This document shows, piece after piece, positions 10,527 through 19,233 of a stretch of DNA of 38,667 bases (within the stretch, counting starts at the first letter, position 1; each line of letters opens with the position of its first letter). The translations under genes and the position numbers were made by a program. The DNA is from a bacterium (GTDB lineage Bacteria > RUG730). The DNA lies in assembly GCA_031551405.1 (NCBI GenBank), contig JAVBNQ010000010.1, positions 62,001-100,667 of the forward strand, given 5' to 3'. A model generated the notes under the pieces. That model did not search any database. It was not told where the DNA came from and saw nothing but the letters and a program-made list of their open reading frames with translations.

Positions 10527-11447
10527 ATGCAAATAACAAATTCGGTTTTTACAAAATTTTTCATATTCCTGATCTTAATTCCATTTCTTTTCTTTGGCTG
10601 CAAATCTTCCTTTCCAAGAGACGAAATCAGTAAAAAAACGCAAACTTTGATAAAAAAAGAAGTTGGGTATGAAAGCAAAGTTTTTCTAAAAGGTGCGACG
10701 CTTTATATTTTTTGCGATATGCAAAATGCGATAGGCGGTTCTCTAGCTGTCTCGCGAGAAGTGTTTCAAGCGATTCAAAACATTTCTCTAATTTCAACAA
10801 ATGTAGCTCTTAGTACAGACGCAAAAATCGATTTTTTTTGTGTGGTAATTATTGACTCGGCGACCGGTGTTCAAATCATTTTCAAACAATATATCGACGA
10901 TGTAAAACGTTGGTTTTATGGTTTAGTCTCGCGAGAAGATTTTTTTTCAAGGAGTATTACCGACATAAAAACCATAAAAACAGATTATGTTTTAAATAAG
11001 TCGGATTACCCTGAAATTTTGATGCCGGAGTTTATCTTAGAACAAACTGTTTATCGAATGAAAAATAAAGTGAAGTCAGAGCTTGAAACCCTAGAAGCCA
11101 AGGCAAAAAAATTTAATAAAAAATACAAAAAAATCGTAAAAGATTCCCCGGAATTTAAAGAAATTTTACAGATAAATCAAAATATGAAAAACAATAAATT
11201 TTTTGATATTTATTTGACTAATGGACTAAATTCTAAAAAATATGTGAAAAAAGAGAACAACAAATTTGTGTTTGAATATAAATTTAAAAATATCGACGAG
11301 ACCAATTTTTTTCAAATAGACTATGCGCAATTTTTCAAAAGATTTGCAGATACCAATCTCGAGATATGCGAAATTTATAAATTCAAAAAATATAACGGCA
11401 TTACTATTTTTCAAGATGACAAAATATTCTATTCAAAGCTGAAATAA
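10527..11447 (+). CDS. Hypothetical lipoprotein
   Basis: 306 aa ORF between ftsH and aroA; hydrophobic signal ending in lipobox-like FLFFG|C; no family recognised. Confidence 0.7.
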   Translation: MQITNSVFTKFFIFLILIPFLFFGCKSSFPRDEISKKTQTLIKKEVGYESKVFLKGATLYIFCDMQNAIGGSLAVSREVFQAIQNISLISTNVALSTDAKIDFFCVVIIDSATGVQIIFKQYIDDVKRWFYGLVSREDFFSRSITDIKTIKTDYVLNKSDYPEILMPEFILEQTVYRMKNKVKSELETLEAKAKKFNKKYKKIVKDSPEFKEILQINQNMKNNKFFDIYLTNGLNSKKYVKKENNKFVFEYKFKNIDETNFFQIDYAQFFKRFADTNLEICEIYKFKKYNGITIFQDDKIFYSKLK

Positions 11448-11491
11448 ATTCCTTGCTAAAATTGCAAAAAAATAATCTGAGAGAAGCTAAA

Positions 11492-12793
11492 TTGCAAAAA
11501 TTTCTAGTAAAACCACAAAAAAACAAAAAAATTGCTGGGATTTTGACAGTTCAAGGCGATAAATCTATCACACATCGAGCTTTCATGCTAGCGTCAATTT
11601 GCGATGGAAAAAGCCTAGTGAAAAATCCGCTGCGCTCTGAAGATTGTCTCAATACTTTGCAAGCCGTAAATCTACTCGGCGCAAGATTTGAAACTCAGGA
11701 TAGTGACGTAGTTATTAACGGAATCGGTCTAAAAAACTTTAAAACTCCAGAAAAAGAAATTTATCTCGGTAATTCCGGTACAGGAACTCGGCTTTTGTCA
11801 GGACTCGTAGCAGGACAAAATGGTCTCGAAACCATAATTACCGGCGACAAATCCCTCTCTAATCGCCCGATGGATCGAATTATGAATCCTCTCTCAGAAA
11901 TGGGCGCGAAAATAGAAGCTAGAAATTCGAGATTTTTGCCTCTCAAAATTCACGGACAAAATCTAAAAGGCATAAGTTATACTTTAAAAATTGCAAGTGC
12001 CCAAATCAAATCTTGTTTGCTTTTGGCAGGTCTTTTTGCTAGCGGAAAAACTGAAATTTTGGAGCCTACAAAGTCTAGGAATCACACAGAAAACATGCTG
12101 AAATTTCTAGGCATTGACTTAAAAATTGCTGATAAAAAAATCATACTCACTCCGCCATCTGAAAAAATTAAAGCTCGTGAATTTTTTGTTCCGGGAGACA
12201 TTTCAAGCGCTGCTTTTTTTATTGTCCTCGGACTTCTAGCTAGCGATGACGGGATTTTGATAAAAAATGTTGGTTTGAATCCGACGAGAACCGGAATTAT
12301 TAACGTATTGCAAAGAATGGGCGGGTTTATTGAAATCCAAAATTCACGAGAAATCTCAGGAGAAAAAATTGGAGACATTTTTGTCAAAAAATCTGACTTG
12401 AAAGGAACTTTAATTTCAGGCGACGAGATTCCGAATCTAATAGACGAAATCCCAATTATTTCTGTGGCTGCGTCTTTTGCAAAAGGCGAGACGAAAATTT
12501 CTGACGCGAAGGAGCTCAGATACAAAGAGTCAGATCGAATTAAAACAGTTAAAAACGAGTTTTCAAAGTTAGGAGCTGAAATTGAAGAACTCGAGGACGG
12601 CCTAATTATTCGAGGCATGAAAAAAATTCAAGAAACAAACATAAAAGTCTCAAGTCACTACGATCACAGGATTGCTATGAGTCTCATCATTTTTGCAATG
12701 GCAAACTCACTTGAAATTGAAATCGACGATGTCTCATGCATTAACACCTCGTTCCCATCATTTTTTGAATGCCTTGAAAAAATAATAAAATAA
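11492..12793 (+). CDS. aroA: 3-phosphoshikimate 1-carboxyvinyltransferase (EPSP synthase)
   Basis: GDKSITHR, GNSGT, SAQIKS, DISSAAFF, IDEIP, ELRYKESDRI and DHRIAM motifs. Start is TTG 11492 (the track gives 11453). Confidence 0.97.
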   Translation: MQKFLVKPQKNKKIAGILTVQGDKSITHRAFMLASICDGKSLVKNPLRSEDCLNTLQAVNLLGARFETQDSDVVINGIGLKNFKTPEKEIYLGNSGTGTRLLSGLVAGQNGLETIITGDKSLSNRPMDRIMNPLSEMGAKIEARNSRFLPLKIHGQNLKGISYTLKIASAQIKSCLLLAGLFASGKTEILEPTKSRNHTENMLKFLGIDLKIADKKIILTPPSEKIKAREFFVPGDISSAAFFIVLGLLASDDGILIKNVGLNPTRTGIINVLQRMGGFIEIQNSREISGEKIGDIFVKKSDLKGTLISGDEIPNLIDEIPIISVAASFAKGETKISDAKELRYKESDRIKTVKNEFSKLGAEIEELEDGLIIRGMKKIQETNIKVSSHYDHRIAMSLIIFAMANSLEIEIDDVSCINTSFPSFFECLEKIIK

Positions 12794-12890
12794 GTCCAAA
12801 TTTAAATCATCTAGCAATATTTATTTCCGTCATAAAATTAACGTTTCTTAGATCTTCAAATTGTTAAAAATTTTTTTCGGGAGAAAAATT

Positions 12891-14099
12891 GTGAAATTTA
12901 CGCCATCAAAAAAAATTCAAAATTTACCAAAGTATATTTTTGGAATTATAAATGAGCTAAAAAAAGAAGCGTATGAAAAAAAGCTCGATGTGATAGATCT
13001 TGGAATGGGCAATCCAGATTTACCGACTGCATCTCATATCGTGAATAGGCTTTGCGATACCGTCGTCTATCATCCGAATACGCATCGTTACCCTCAGGCA
13101 AAAGGAATGCCGAAATTCCGTCAGGCTGTGAGTGATTGGTATAAAAAACGCTTTGACGTAAAGCTCGATCCTGAATCCGAAGTTTTGGCTTTGATCGGCT
13201 CTAAAGAAGGAATCGCACATCTATGCATGGCATACTTGGATCCTGGCGACTATGCTTTGACGCCAAACCCGGCGTATCCCGTGCATCTCAATGGAATTTA
13301 TCTGGCAGGCGGCACTGCTTATCACATGCCGATCGGCCCGGATAACAATTATTTGCCGGAGCTACACAAAATTCCGGAGGATATCGCGAGAAAAGCCAAA
13401 ATTATGTTCCTCAATTATCCAAACAATCCTACAACTGCTATCGTCGAAAATCTAGATTTTTTCAAAGAAGTTGTGAAATTTGCAAAAAAGTACGAAATAA
13501 TTGTTTGTCACGATAATGCTTACTCGGAAATCTGTTTTGATGGATACAAAGCTCCGTCGTTTTTACAGGTTGACGGGGCGAAAGACATTGGCGTTGAGTT
13601 TCACTCTCTTTCAAAAACTTACAACATGGCTGGTTGGCGGCTTGGATTTGTCGTCGGAAACGCCGAAATCCTAAAGCCCGTCGAAAAATTCAAAAGCTAT
13701 CTGGATTACGGAGTTTTTACGGCTGTACAGTTAGCCGGAGTGACAGCCCTGACAGGTAGCCAAAAATGCGTCGAGGACGCGGTAAAATCCTACCAATCTA
13801 GACGAGATAAATTCGTTGGATATTTGAACAAAATCGGCTGGCACGTCGACAAACCCAAAGCTACAATGTATCTTTGGGCAAGAATTCCCGAACAATTTCG
13901 ACATCTGAAATCACTTGAATTTGCAAAATTCCTCCTGGCAGAAACAGGAATTGCAGTGACTCCCGGGATTGGTTTTGGAGAAAATGGCGACGATTTTGTG
14001 AGAATGTCGCTCGTAACTCACATCAACAGATTTCATGACGCCTCACTCCGTCTAAAAAAGATTTTGCGAAAGCCTGAAGATAAAAAGCATAGTTTGTAA
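12891..14099 (+). CDS. Class I/II PLP-dependent aminotransferase (LL-diaminopimelate/AlaC-like)
   Basis: DLGMGNPD, GSKEGIAH, NYPNNPT, HDNAY and SLSKTYNMAGWRLG (PLP lysine). GTG start at 12891 with GGGAG RBS. Substrate cannot be fixed from sequence. Confidence 0.88.
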   Translation: MKFTPSKKIQNLPKYIFGIINELKKEAYEKKLDVIDLGMGNPDLPTASHIVNRLCDTVVYHPNTHRYPQAKGMPKFRQAVSDWYKKRFDVKLDPESEVLALIGSKEGIAHLCMAYLDPGDYALTPNPAYPVHLNGIYLAGGTAYHMPIGPDNNYLPELHKIPEDIARKAKIMFLNYPNNPTTAIVENLDFFKEVVKFAKKYEIIVCHDNAYSEICFDGYKAPSFLQVDGAKDIGVEFHSLSKTYNMAGWRLGFVVGNAEILKPVEKFKSYLDYGVFTAVQLAGVTALTGSQKCVEDAVKSYQSRRDKFVGYLNKIGWHVDKPKATMYLWARIPEQFRHLKSLEFAKFLLAETGIAVTPGIGFGENGDDFVRMSLVTHINRFHDASLRLKKILRKPEDKKHSL

Positions 14100-14115
14100 T
14101 TTTCGTCAAAAAATC

Positions 14116-14556
14116 ATGTTCGATAAAAATCTCCACCTCATAATTCGTCAAGTAAAAGTCGAAAATCCCGACGAACTAGAAATCCTTAAAGTCAGCTTTC
14201 CTAAATTTGCAACCTACGCGTATTTTCCCGATTACAAGAAAATATATTTGGCGATTGTTGCAGAAAAAATGGTTGGATACGCAGAATTTAACCAAATTTT
14301 TGAGATTTGCGACGTTGTGGATTTTGAAGTTGCGGAGAATTTTCGTGGCCAAGGATTTGGAAATCTTTTGTTTAAAAATAGTATCGAGACACTGATAAAA
14401 AATGGTGTTAAAGAAATTTCTCTTGAGGTTCGCGAGTCGAATTTCCCGGCAATTAAAATTTACAAAAATACCGGTTTTTCTGAAGCCGGAAAACGAGAAA
14501 ATTATTACAAAAATCCAGATGAAACTGCTATTTTAATGATCAAACAAATTTTATGA
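14116..14556 (+). CDS. rimI: GNAT acetyltransferase, RimI-like
   Basis: FRGQGFG acetyl-CoA motif, LEVRESN, GF...RENYY and TAILM. Confidence 0.82.
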   Translation: MFDKNLHLIIRQVKVENPDELEILKVSFPKFATYAYFPDYKKIYLAIVAEKMVGYAEFNQIFEICDVVDFEVAENFRGQGFGNLLFKNSIETLIKNGVKEISLEVRESNFPAIKIYKNTGFSEAGKRENYYKNPDETAILMIKQIL

Positions 14557-16385
14557 AAAAAAATTTATTATTAATCTCAATTTTTATTTTTTTCTTTCAA
14601 TACCAAAATTTATTCCCCTCTCAACTCGCCACTGAATCAACGTACAATTTGCTATTTAAAAATCTGCTTTTAAACTACAATTCGACGAACGTAAAAAATT
14701 TTAAAAAATCCAAAAAAAATTACGAAAACTTACTGAAAAAATTCCCTGAAAACTCTGAGATAAAAACCGATTATTTTGTAATTTTAACAAAATCTGAGCA
14801 ATTCCAAGAGGCATATATTTTTTTTGAAAAAAATTGCCAAGACTCAAAATTTCTTCAAAGGCAAGAATTTTTACTCTGTCTCGGAAATGTCCTCATTTAT
14901 TTGAAAAAATATGAGGACGCAAATTTTTATCTCGAAAAAGGCGAAATTTTGAATTCCGACGATGAAAATTTCAAGATTTTGCTTGGAATTTCAAATTACA
15001 AACTGAAAAATTACGAGAAAGCTTTATCTTATTTCGAAAAAGGCGAAAACTTTTTTCACGACGAAAAATTGGCAGTTTACTTAGCAGATACTTACTATAA
15101 ACTTGGTGATTTACAAAAAAGTGCAGAGTCTCTGGAACAACTCAAAAATAGCAAAATTTCCGAAAAAGAATATTTTTCAGTTCTTTTAGATTTGGCGGGA
15201 ATTTACGAAGAAACTGACAAAAGGCTCAGCGAAAAATATTACCAAGAAATCACGAAATATCACGATGGAGTTTTGAAAGCAAAGGCTTTAAATAAAATCG
15301 CAAATTTAGCATTTTCGAACGCGGAATTTGACAAGTCAAAATATTTTTTTCAAGAATCCTTGAAATCAGCTAAAAAGTCTCAAATCGATCTAATTTTTGA
15401 TTCATGCCAAAAATTGAATTTGATTTTTGCGACCGAAAGAAATTTTAAAAGAGCAATTTTTTACAAAGAAAAAGCAATAAATTTGCTCGCTCAAAAAAAA
15501 CTTCATCAAAAAAATACGCCTTTATTTTCAGACGACATAATTGAGCTTTGCAAACTTTACGAAAACTTAAATTATTTTCGAGAAAAAGAAAATGTTTTGA
15601 AAAAATTTTATAACGAGACAAAATCTGAAAAACTCGGATTTTACTTAGCAAAATTTTATTTTTCGAGAAACGATTTTGAAAAAACAATTTTGATTATGCC
15701 TGAAATATTAAACTTATCGACGGAACATAAAAAAGAATATTACGAAAATTATCTTAAATTTGTTAAAAACTGCAAAAATTTAAATGAAAAAAATATTGAA
15801 ATTCTGCAATTTAAAAACAAAAATATTGAGTCTTCGGAAATTCAAAAAAATCTAAAAAATTATCTCGAGGTTTTAAACAAAAACGATTTGATTTTTTTTG
15901 TGAAAACAAATTTTAATTTGCAGGATTTTAGCGGCAAAATTTTTATGGATTTTACATACGAGGCCACGAAAAAATTTGCAAAAATAAAACTTTTTTTGAC
16001 AAAAAAATCTTATTTTTCAAACGTTTATTTTGAAAGTAAAAAATTATATGCAGACAAAAATGTTGAAAACTTTCTCGACGTGGATTTCGTATTTGCCGAT
16101 TTCAAGTCATTTCTTAAGATATTCGATCTTGGGAATCTAGAAAATTTAAAGTTTCAAGAGAAAACAAAAGAAGGATTGTTTTTCAAGCTTAACGACTTTT
16201 CTCTTCTGACAGATTTTTGCGGAAATTTAAAATTTCTAGAATTTGGCAATACAAAAATCGAATTTTATAAAGTGAAAAATTTAGTTCTTCCGACTAAAAT
16301 TTCGGTAGATTCGCAAAAAGCTTCATTCGTTTTTGATTACGAAAATTTTGAAATAAATTATCAAAACAAGGAATTTGTCGACTAA
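14553..16385 (+). CDS. Exported TPR-repeat protein with a beta-rich C-terminal domain
   Basis: Signal peptide and several TPR-like helices (LGNVLIYLKKYEDA, LGISNYKLKNYEKALSYF, LADTYYKLGDLQKS); C-terminal ~170 aa looks beta-stranded. Confidence 0.8.
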   Translation: MKKNLLLISIFIFFFQYQNLFPSQLATESTYNLLFKNLLLNYNSTNVKNFKKSKKNYENLLKKFPENSEIKTDYFVILTKSEQFQEAYIFFEKNCQDSKFLQRQEFLLCLGNVLIYLKKYEDANFYLEKGEILNSDDENFKILLGISNYKLKNYEKALSYFEKGENFFHDEKLAVYLADTYYKLGDLQKSAESLEQLKNSKISEKEYFSVLLDLAGIYEETDKRLSEKYYQEITKYHDGVLKAKALNKIANLAFSNAEFDKSKYFFQESLKSAKKSQIDLIFDSCQKLNLIFATERNFKRAIFYKEKAINLLAQKKLHQKNTPLFSDDIIELCKLYENLNYFREKENVLKKFYNETKSEKLGFYLAKFYFSRNDFEKTILIMPEILNLSTEHKKEYYENYLKFVKNCKNLNEKNIEILQFKNKNIESSEIQKNLKNYLEVLNKNDLIFFVKTNFNLQDFSGKIFMDFTYEATKKFAKIKLFLTKKSYFSNVYFESKKLYADKNVENFLDVDFVFADFKSFLKIFDLGNLENLKFQEKTKEGLFFKLNDFSLLTDFCGNLKFLEFGNTKIEFYKVKNLVLPTKISVDSQKASFVFDYENFEINYQNKEFVD

Positions 16386-17225
16386 ATGAGAGCAAATGCA
16401 AAAATTAATTTTTATTTAGAAATTTTAAGAAAACGCGAAGATGGCTATCATGAAATCGAGACGATTATGCAGGAAATCGATCTATTCGACGAACTGGATT
16501 TCCATTTTTTAAACCGCGATAAGATTTTTCTAGAAGTCGACGGAAAATTCAAAATCGAAGCAAATCAAAACAATCTGGTTTATCGGGCTTGCGAGATGAT
16601 GAAAAACGAATTCAAAATCGACAAAGGCGTAGAAATAAATTTAACGAAAAATATTCCATTCGGAGCAGGACTAGGCGGCGGATCGAGCGATGCTGCAAGT
16701 GTACTCAAATTTTTATGCAATGCTTGGGAGCTGGATGTATCGAGTGAAAAAGTGAGTTCTATTGCAAAAAGACTTGGTGCAGACGTGGGCTTTTTTCTGC
16801 AAGGCGCAAGATGTTTTGCATCTGGGATCGGCGAGAAATTACAAGCAATGAAAAATGACAAAAAATACGACTTAGTTCTCATTTTTCCAAACGTGATCAT
16901 ACCAACAAAAAAAATTTATGAAAGATTTAGTTTTAATTTGACAAATTATGAGAAAAAGTGTAGCATTTCAGGCATTATAAATTCGACAGATTTCGAGATA
17001 AAAAAAACATTGTTTAACAGGCTCGAAAAAACTGCAATGGACCTCGCGCCTCAAATCCGTTTAACAAAAAATTTACTGTTTGAGCTTGGCTTGCGAGACG
17101 TCTTAATGTCTGGCAGCGGCTCCAGTGTTTTTGGGATCGCTTCGTCGCCAGATGAAGCAGAAAAAATTAAAGATTTTATCGCAAAAAATTACGATTACCA
17201 AGTCTGGAATGTGTCGACTTTATAA
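16386..17225 (+). CDS. ispE: 4-diphosphocytidyl-2-C-methyl-D-erythritol kinase
   Basis: AKINFYL, DGYHEI, KNIPFGAGLGGGSSDAA, GADV and MSGSGSSVF motifs. Confidence 0.97.
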   Translation: MRANAKINFYLEILRKREDGYHEIETIMQEIDLFDELDFHFLNRDKIFLEVDGKFKIEANQNNLVYRACEMMKNEFKIDKGVEINLTKNIPFGAGLGGGSSDAASVLKFLCNAWELDVSSEKVSSIAKRLGADVGFFLQGARCFASGIGEKLQAMKNDKKYDLVLIFPNVIIPTKKIYERFSFNLTNYEKKCSISGIINSTDFEIKKTLFNRLEKTAMDLAPQIRLTKNLLFELGLRDVLMSGSGSSVFGIASSPDEAEKIKDFIAKNYDYQVWNVSTL

Positions 17226-17318
17226 AAATCTTCTTATAAAATCAAAAAATTTTCATTAAAATGCCGAATAAGTTTTGTTAATCTCTTAAAATTTATTTTG
17301 CTTTAAACAGGAGGAAAA

Positions 17319-17627
17319 ATGAAAATTACAGAAATACGAATATTTCTAAAAAACGAGGAAAAGCTAAAAGCTTATGCGTCAATTACTTTTGACGATGCAT
17401 TTGTAGTTAGAAACCTCAAAATTATCGACGGAAGAGAAGGCTTATTCGTTTCAATGCCAAATCGAAAAACAAAAGACGGAGAATACAAAGACGTAGCTCA
17501 TCCAGTTAATAACGAAATGCGAGATATGATAGAAAACAGCGTTTTGGATGCTTACAAAAAAGAATTAGCAAAAGCAGATGAATCTGGCGCTAAACCTACA
17601 GCATCTTCTTTCGGTGAATTTGAATAA
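17319..17627 (+). CDS. spoVG: SpoVG family nucleic-acid-binding regulator
   Basis: MKITEIRI...LKAYASITFDDAFVV...GLFVSMP...YKDVAHP; AGGAGG RBS. Confidence 0.96.
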   Translation: MKITEIRIFLKNEEKLKAYASITFDDAFVVRNLKIIDGREGLFVSMPNRKTKDGEYKDVAHPVNNEMRDMIENSVLDAYKKELAKADESGAKPTASSFGEFE

Positions 17628-17649
17628 AAAAGCGTAAAACTATAATTTT

Positions 17650-17721
17650 TGGGATGTAGCCAAGTGGTACGGCACGGGATTTTGGATCCTGCATTCGGAG
17701 GTTCGAATCCTCCCATCCCAG
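17650..17721 (+). tRNA. tRNA-Gln (TTG)
   Basis: TGGGATG/CATCCCA acceptor stem, anticodon loop TTTTGGA, GGTTCGAATCC T-arm; CCA not encoded. Confidence 0.96.
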
Positions 17722-17811
17722 CTTTTTCTTGTGCCAGTCTCACAAAAAATCAACCTTTCGACACAATTAGCCCTCCTCATCAAGTTCAAATTTTTTTAAG
17801 GAATTTAAAAA

Positions 17812-19233
17812 GTGAGATCGAGTCAATCAAAAAATAAACTTATTGCTATAATTTTGGCAGCCGGAGCAGGAACCAGAATGAATTCTAGTCTGCCGAAAGT
17901 TTTACATAAAGTCATCGGGAAAACTTTACTTGACTGGGTGCTGAGCGCAACAAAAACGCTAAATCCTTTAAAAAATATCGTCGTGATTGGTCATCAAGCT
18001 GAAAAAATCGTAGAACATTTTAATCTATCAGAAAAACAAAAAAATTTAGAATTTGCTATTCAAAAAAAACAATTGGGTTCGAGTGACGCAGTAAAATCTG
18101 CATTGCCATTTATTCCAAAAAATTTTGACGGAAACGTTTTGATTTTATGTGGAGACACGCCTCTTATCTCATCGGAAACACTAGAAAATCTCATCAAAAA
18201 ACATACAAAAGAAAATAATGCTGCAACGATTTTGACTGCAGTAGCGGAAAATCCATTCAGTTACGGTCGCATAAAACGCAATAAATCAAAAAACGTAATT
18301 GCGATTGTCGAGGAAAAAGACGCTACGTTAAATGAAAAAAAAATCAAAGAAATAAACAGCGGAATTTATTGTTTCAAGGCAAAATTTTTAAAAGAACTTA
18401 TTCCAAAAATTAAACCAAATAACACAAAAAAAGAATATTATCTGACGGACATTATAAAATTTTTGGTAGAAAAAAATGAAAAAGTAAATGCTTTTGTAAC
18501 GGACAATTTTTCCGAAATCATTGGCATAAACGATAGAATTGCTCTATCAGACGTCAACAAAAAAGCTCGTGAGAAAATCAATCTTTTACACTTGAGAAAC
18601 GGCGTAAATATTTTATTTCCCGAAACAGTTTATATTTCTCCGGAAGTAAAAATAGGACGAGATACTACAATTTATCACGGAGCAGTCATAAAGGGAGATA
18701 CAGAAATCGGAGAATTTTGCAAAATAGGACCAAACTCGACGATAGAAAATTCAAAAATAGAAAATTACACGAATATTCAATACTCGCAAGTCGTGAAAGC
18801 CGAGATAGGTAACGAAGTACGAATCGGACCATTTTCAAACATTCGCCCAAAAACCAAACTAGACGACGGATGTAAAGTCGGCAATTTTTCGGAAATAAAA
18901 AATGCTCGAGTCGGAAAAAATAGTAAAATTTCACATTTGAGCTATATTGGAGACGCTAAACTCGGTAAAAACGTAAACATTGGCGCCGGAACGATTACTT
19001 GTAATTACGACGGAAAAAATAAATATGAGACAATCATTGAAGACGATACGTTCATCGGCAGCAACACAAATTTAGTAGCGCCTGTTGCTATCGGAAAAAG
19101 AGCAATAGTTGGAGCAGGATCGACGATTTACGAAGACGTGCCTGAAGATTCTCTTGCAATTGCCAGGTCAAAACAAGAAAACAAAATTCAGTGGGTCAAA
19201 AAACGTAAATCTAAAAATGCAAAATCCAAATAA
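17812..19233 (+). CDS. glmU: Bifunctional UDP-GlcNAc pyrophosphorylase / glucosamine-1-P N-acetyltransferase
   Basis: LAAGAGTRM, LPKVLH, GDTPL, YGRI, EYYLTD, HLSYIGDA, NIGAGTITCNYDG and hexapeptide repeats. Confidence 0.98.
   Translation: MRSSQSKNKLIAIILAAGAGTRMNSSLPKVLHKVIGKTLLDWVLSATKTLNPLKNIVVIGHQAEKIVEHFNLSEKQKNLEFAIQKKQLGSSDAVKSALPFIPKNFDGNVLILCGDTPLISSETLENLIKKHTKENNAATILTAVAENPFSYGRIKRNKSKNVIAIVEEKDATLNEKKIKEINSGIYCFKAKFLKELIPKIKPNNTKKEYYLTDIIKFLVEKNEKVNAFVTDNFSEIIGINDRIALSDVNKKAREKINLLHLRNGVNILFPETVYISPEVKIGRDTTIYHGAVIKGDTEIGEFCKIGPNSTIENSKIENYTNIQYSQVVKAEIGNEVRIGPFSNIRPKTKLDDGCKVGNFSEIKNARVGKNSKISHLSYIGDAKLGKNVNIGAGTITCNYDGKNKYETIIEDDTFIGSNTNLVAPVAIGKRAIVGAGSTIYEDVPEDSLAIARSKQENKIQWVKKRKSKNAKSK

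Noticed and set aside
11453-11500. Short duplication GCTAAA(A)TTGCAAAAA at the aroA start
   Set aside because: A two-copy AT-rich 15-mer that only affects the choice of start codon; no further structure.
17235-17271. GCCGAATA upstream of spoVG as an alternative-sigma -10 element
   Set aside because: No convincingly spaced -35 for sigma28 or sigmaH; cannot be supported.
17649-17837. ORFs 17649-17837(+) and 17552-17743(-)
   Set aside because: They are shadow translations of tRNA-Gln.
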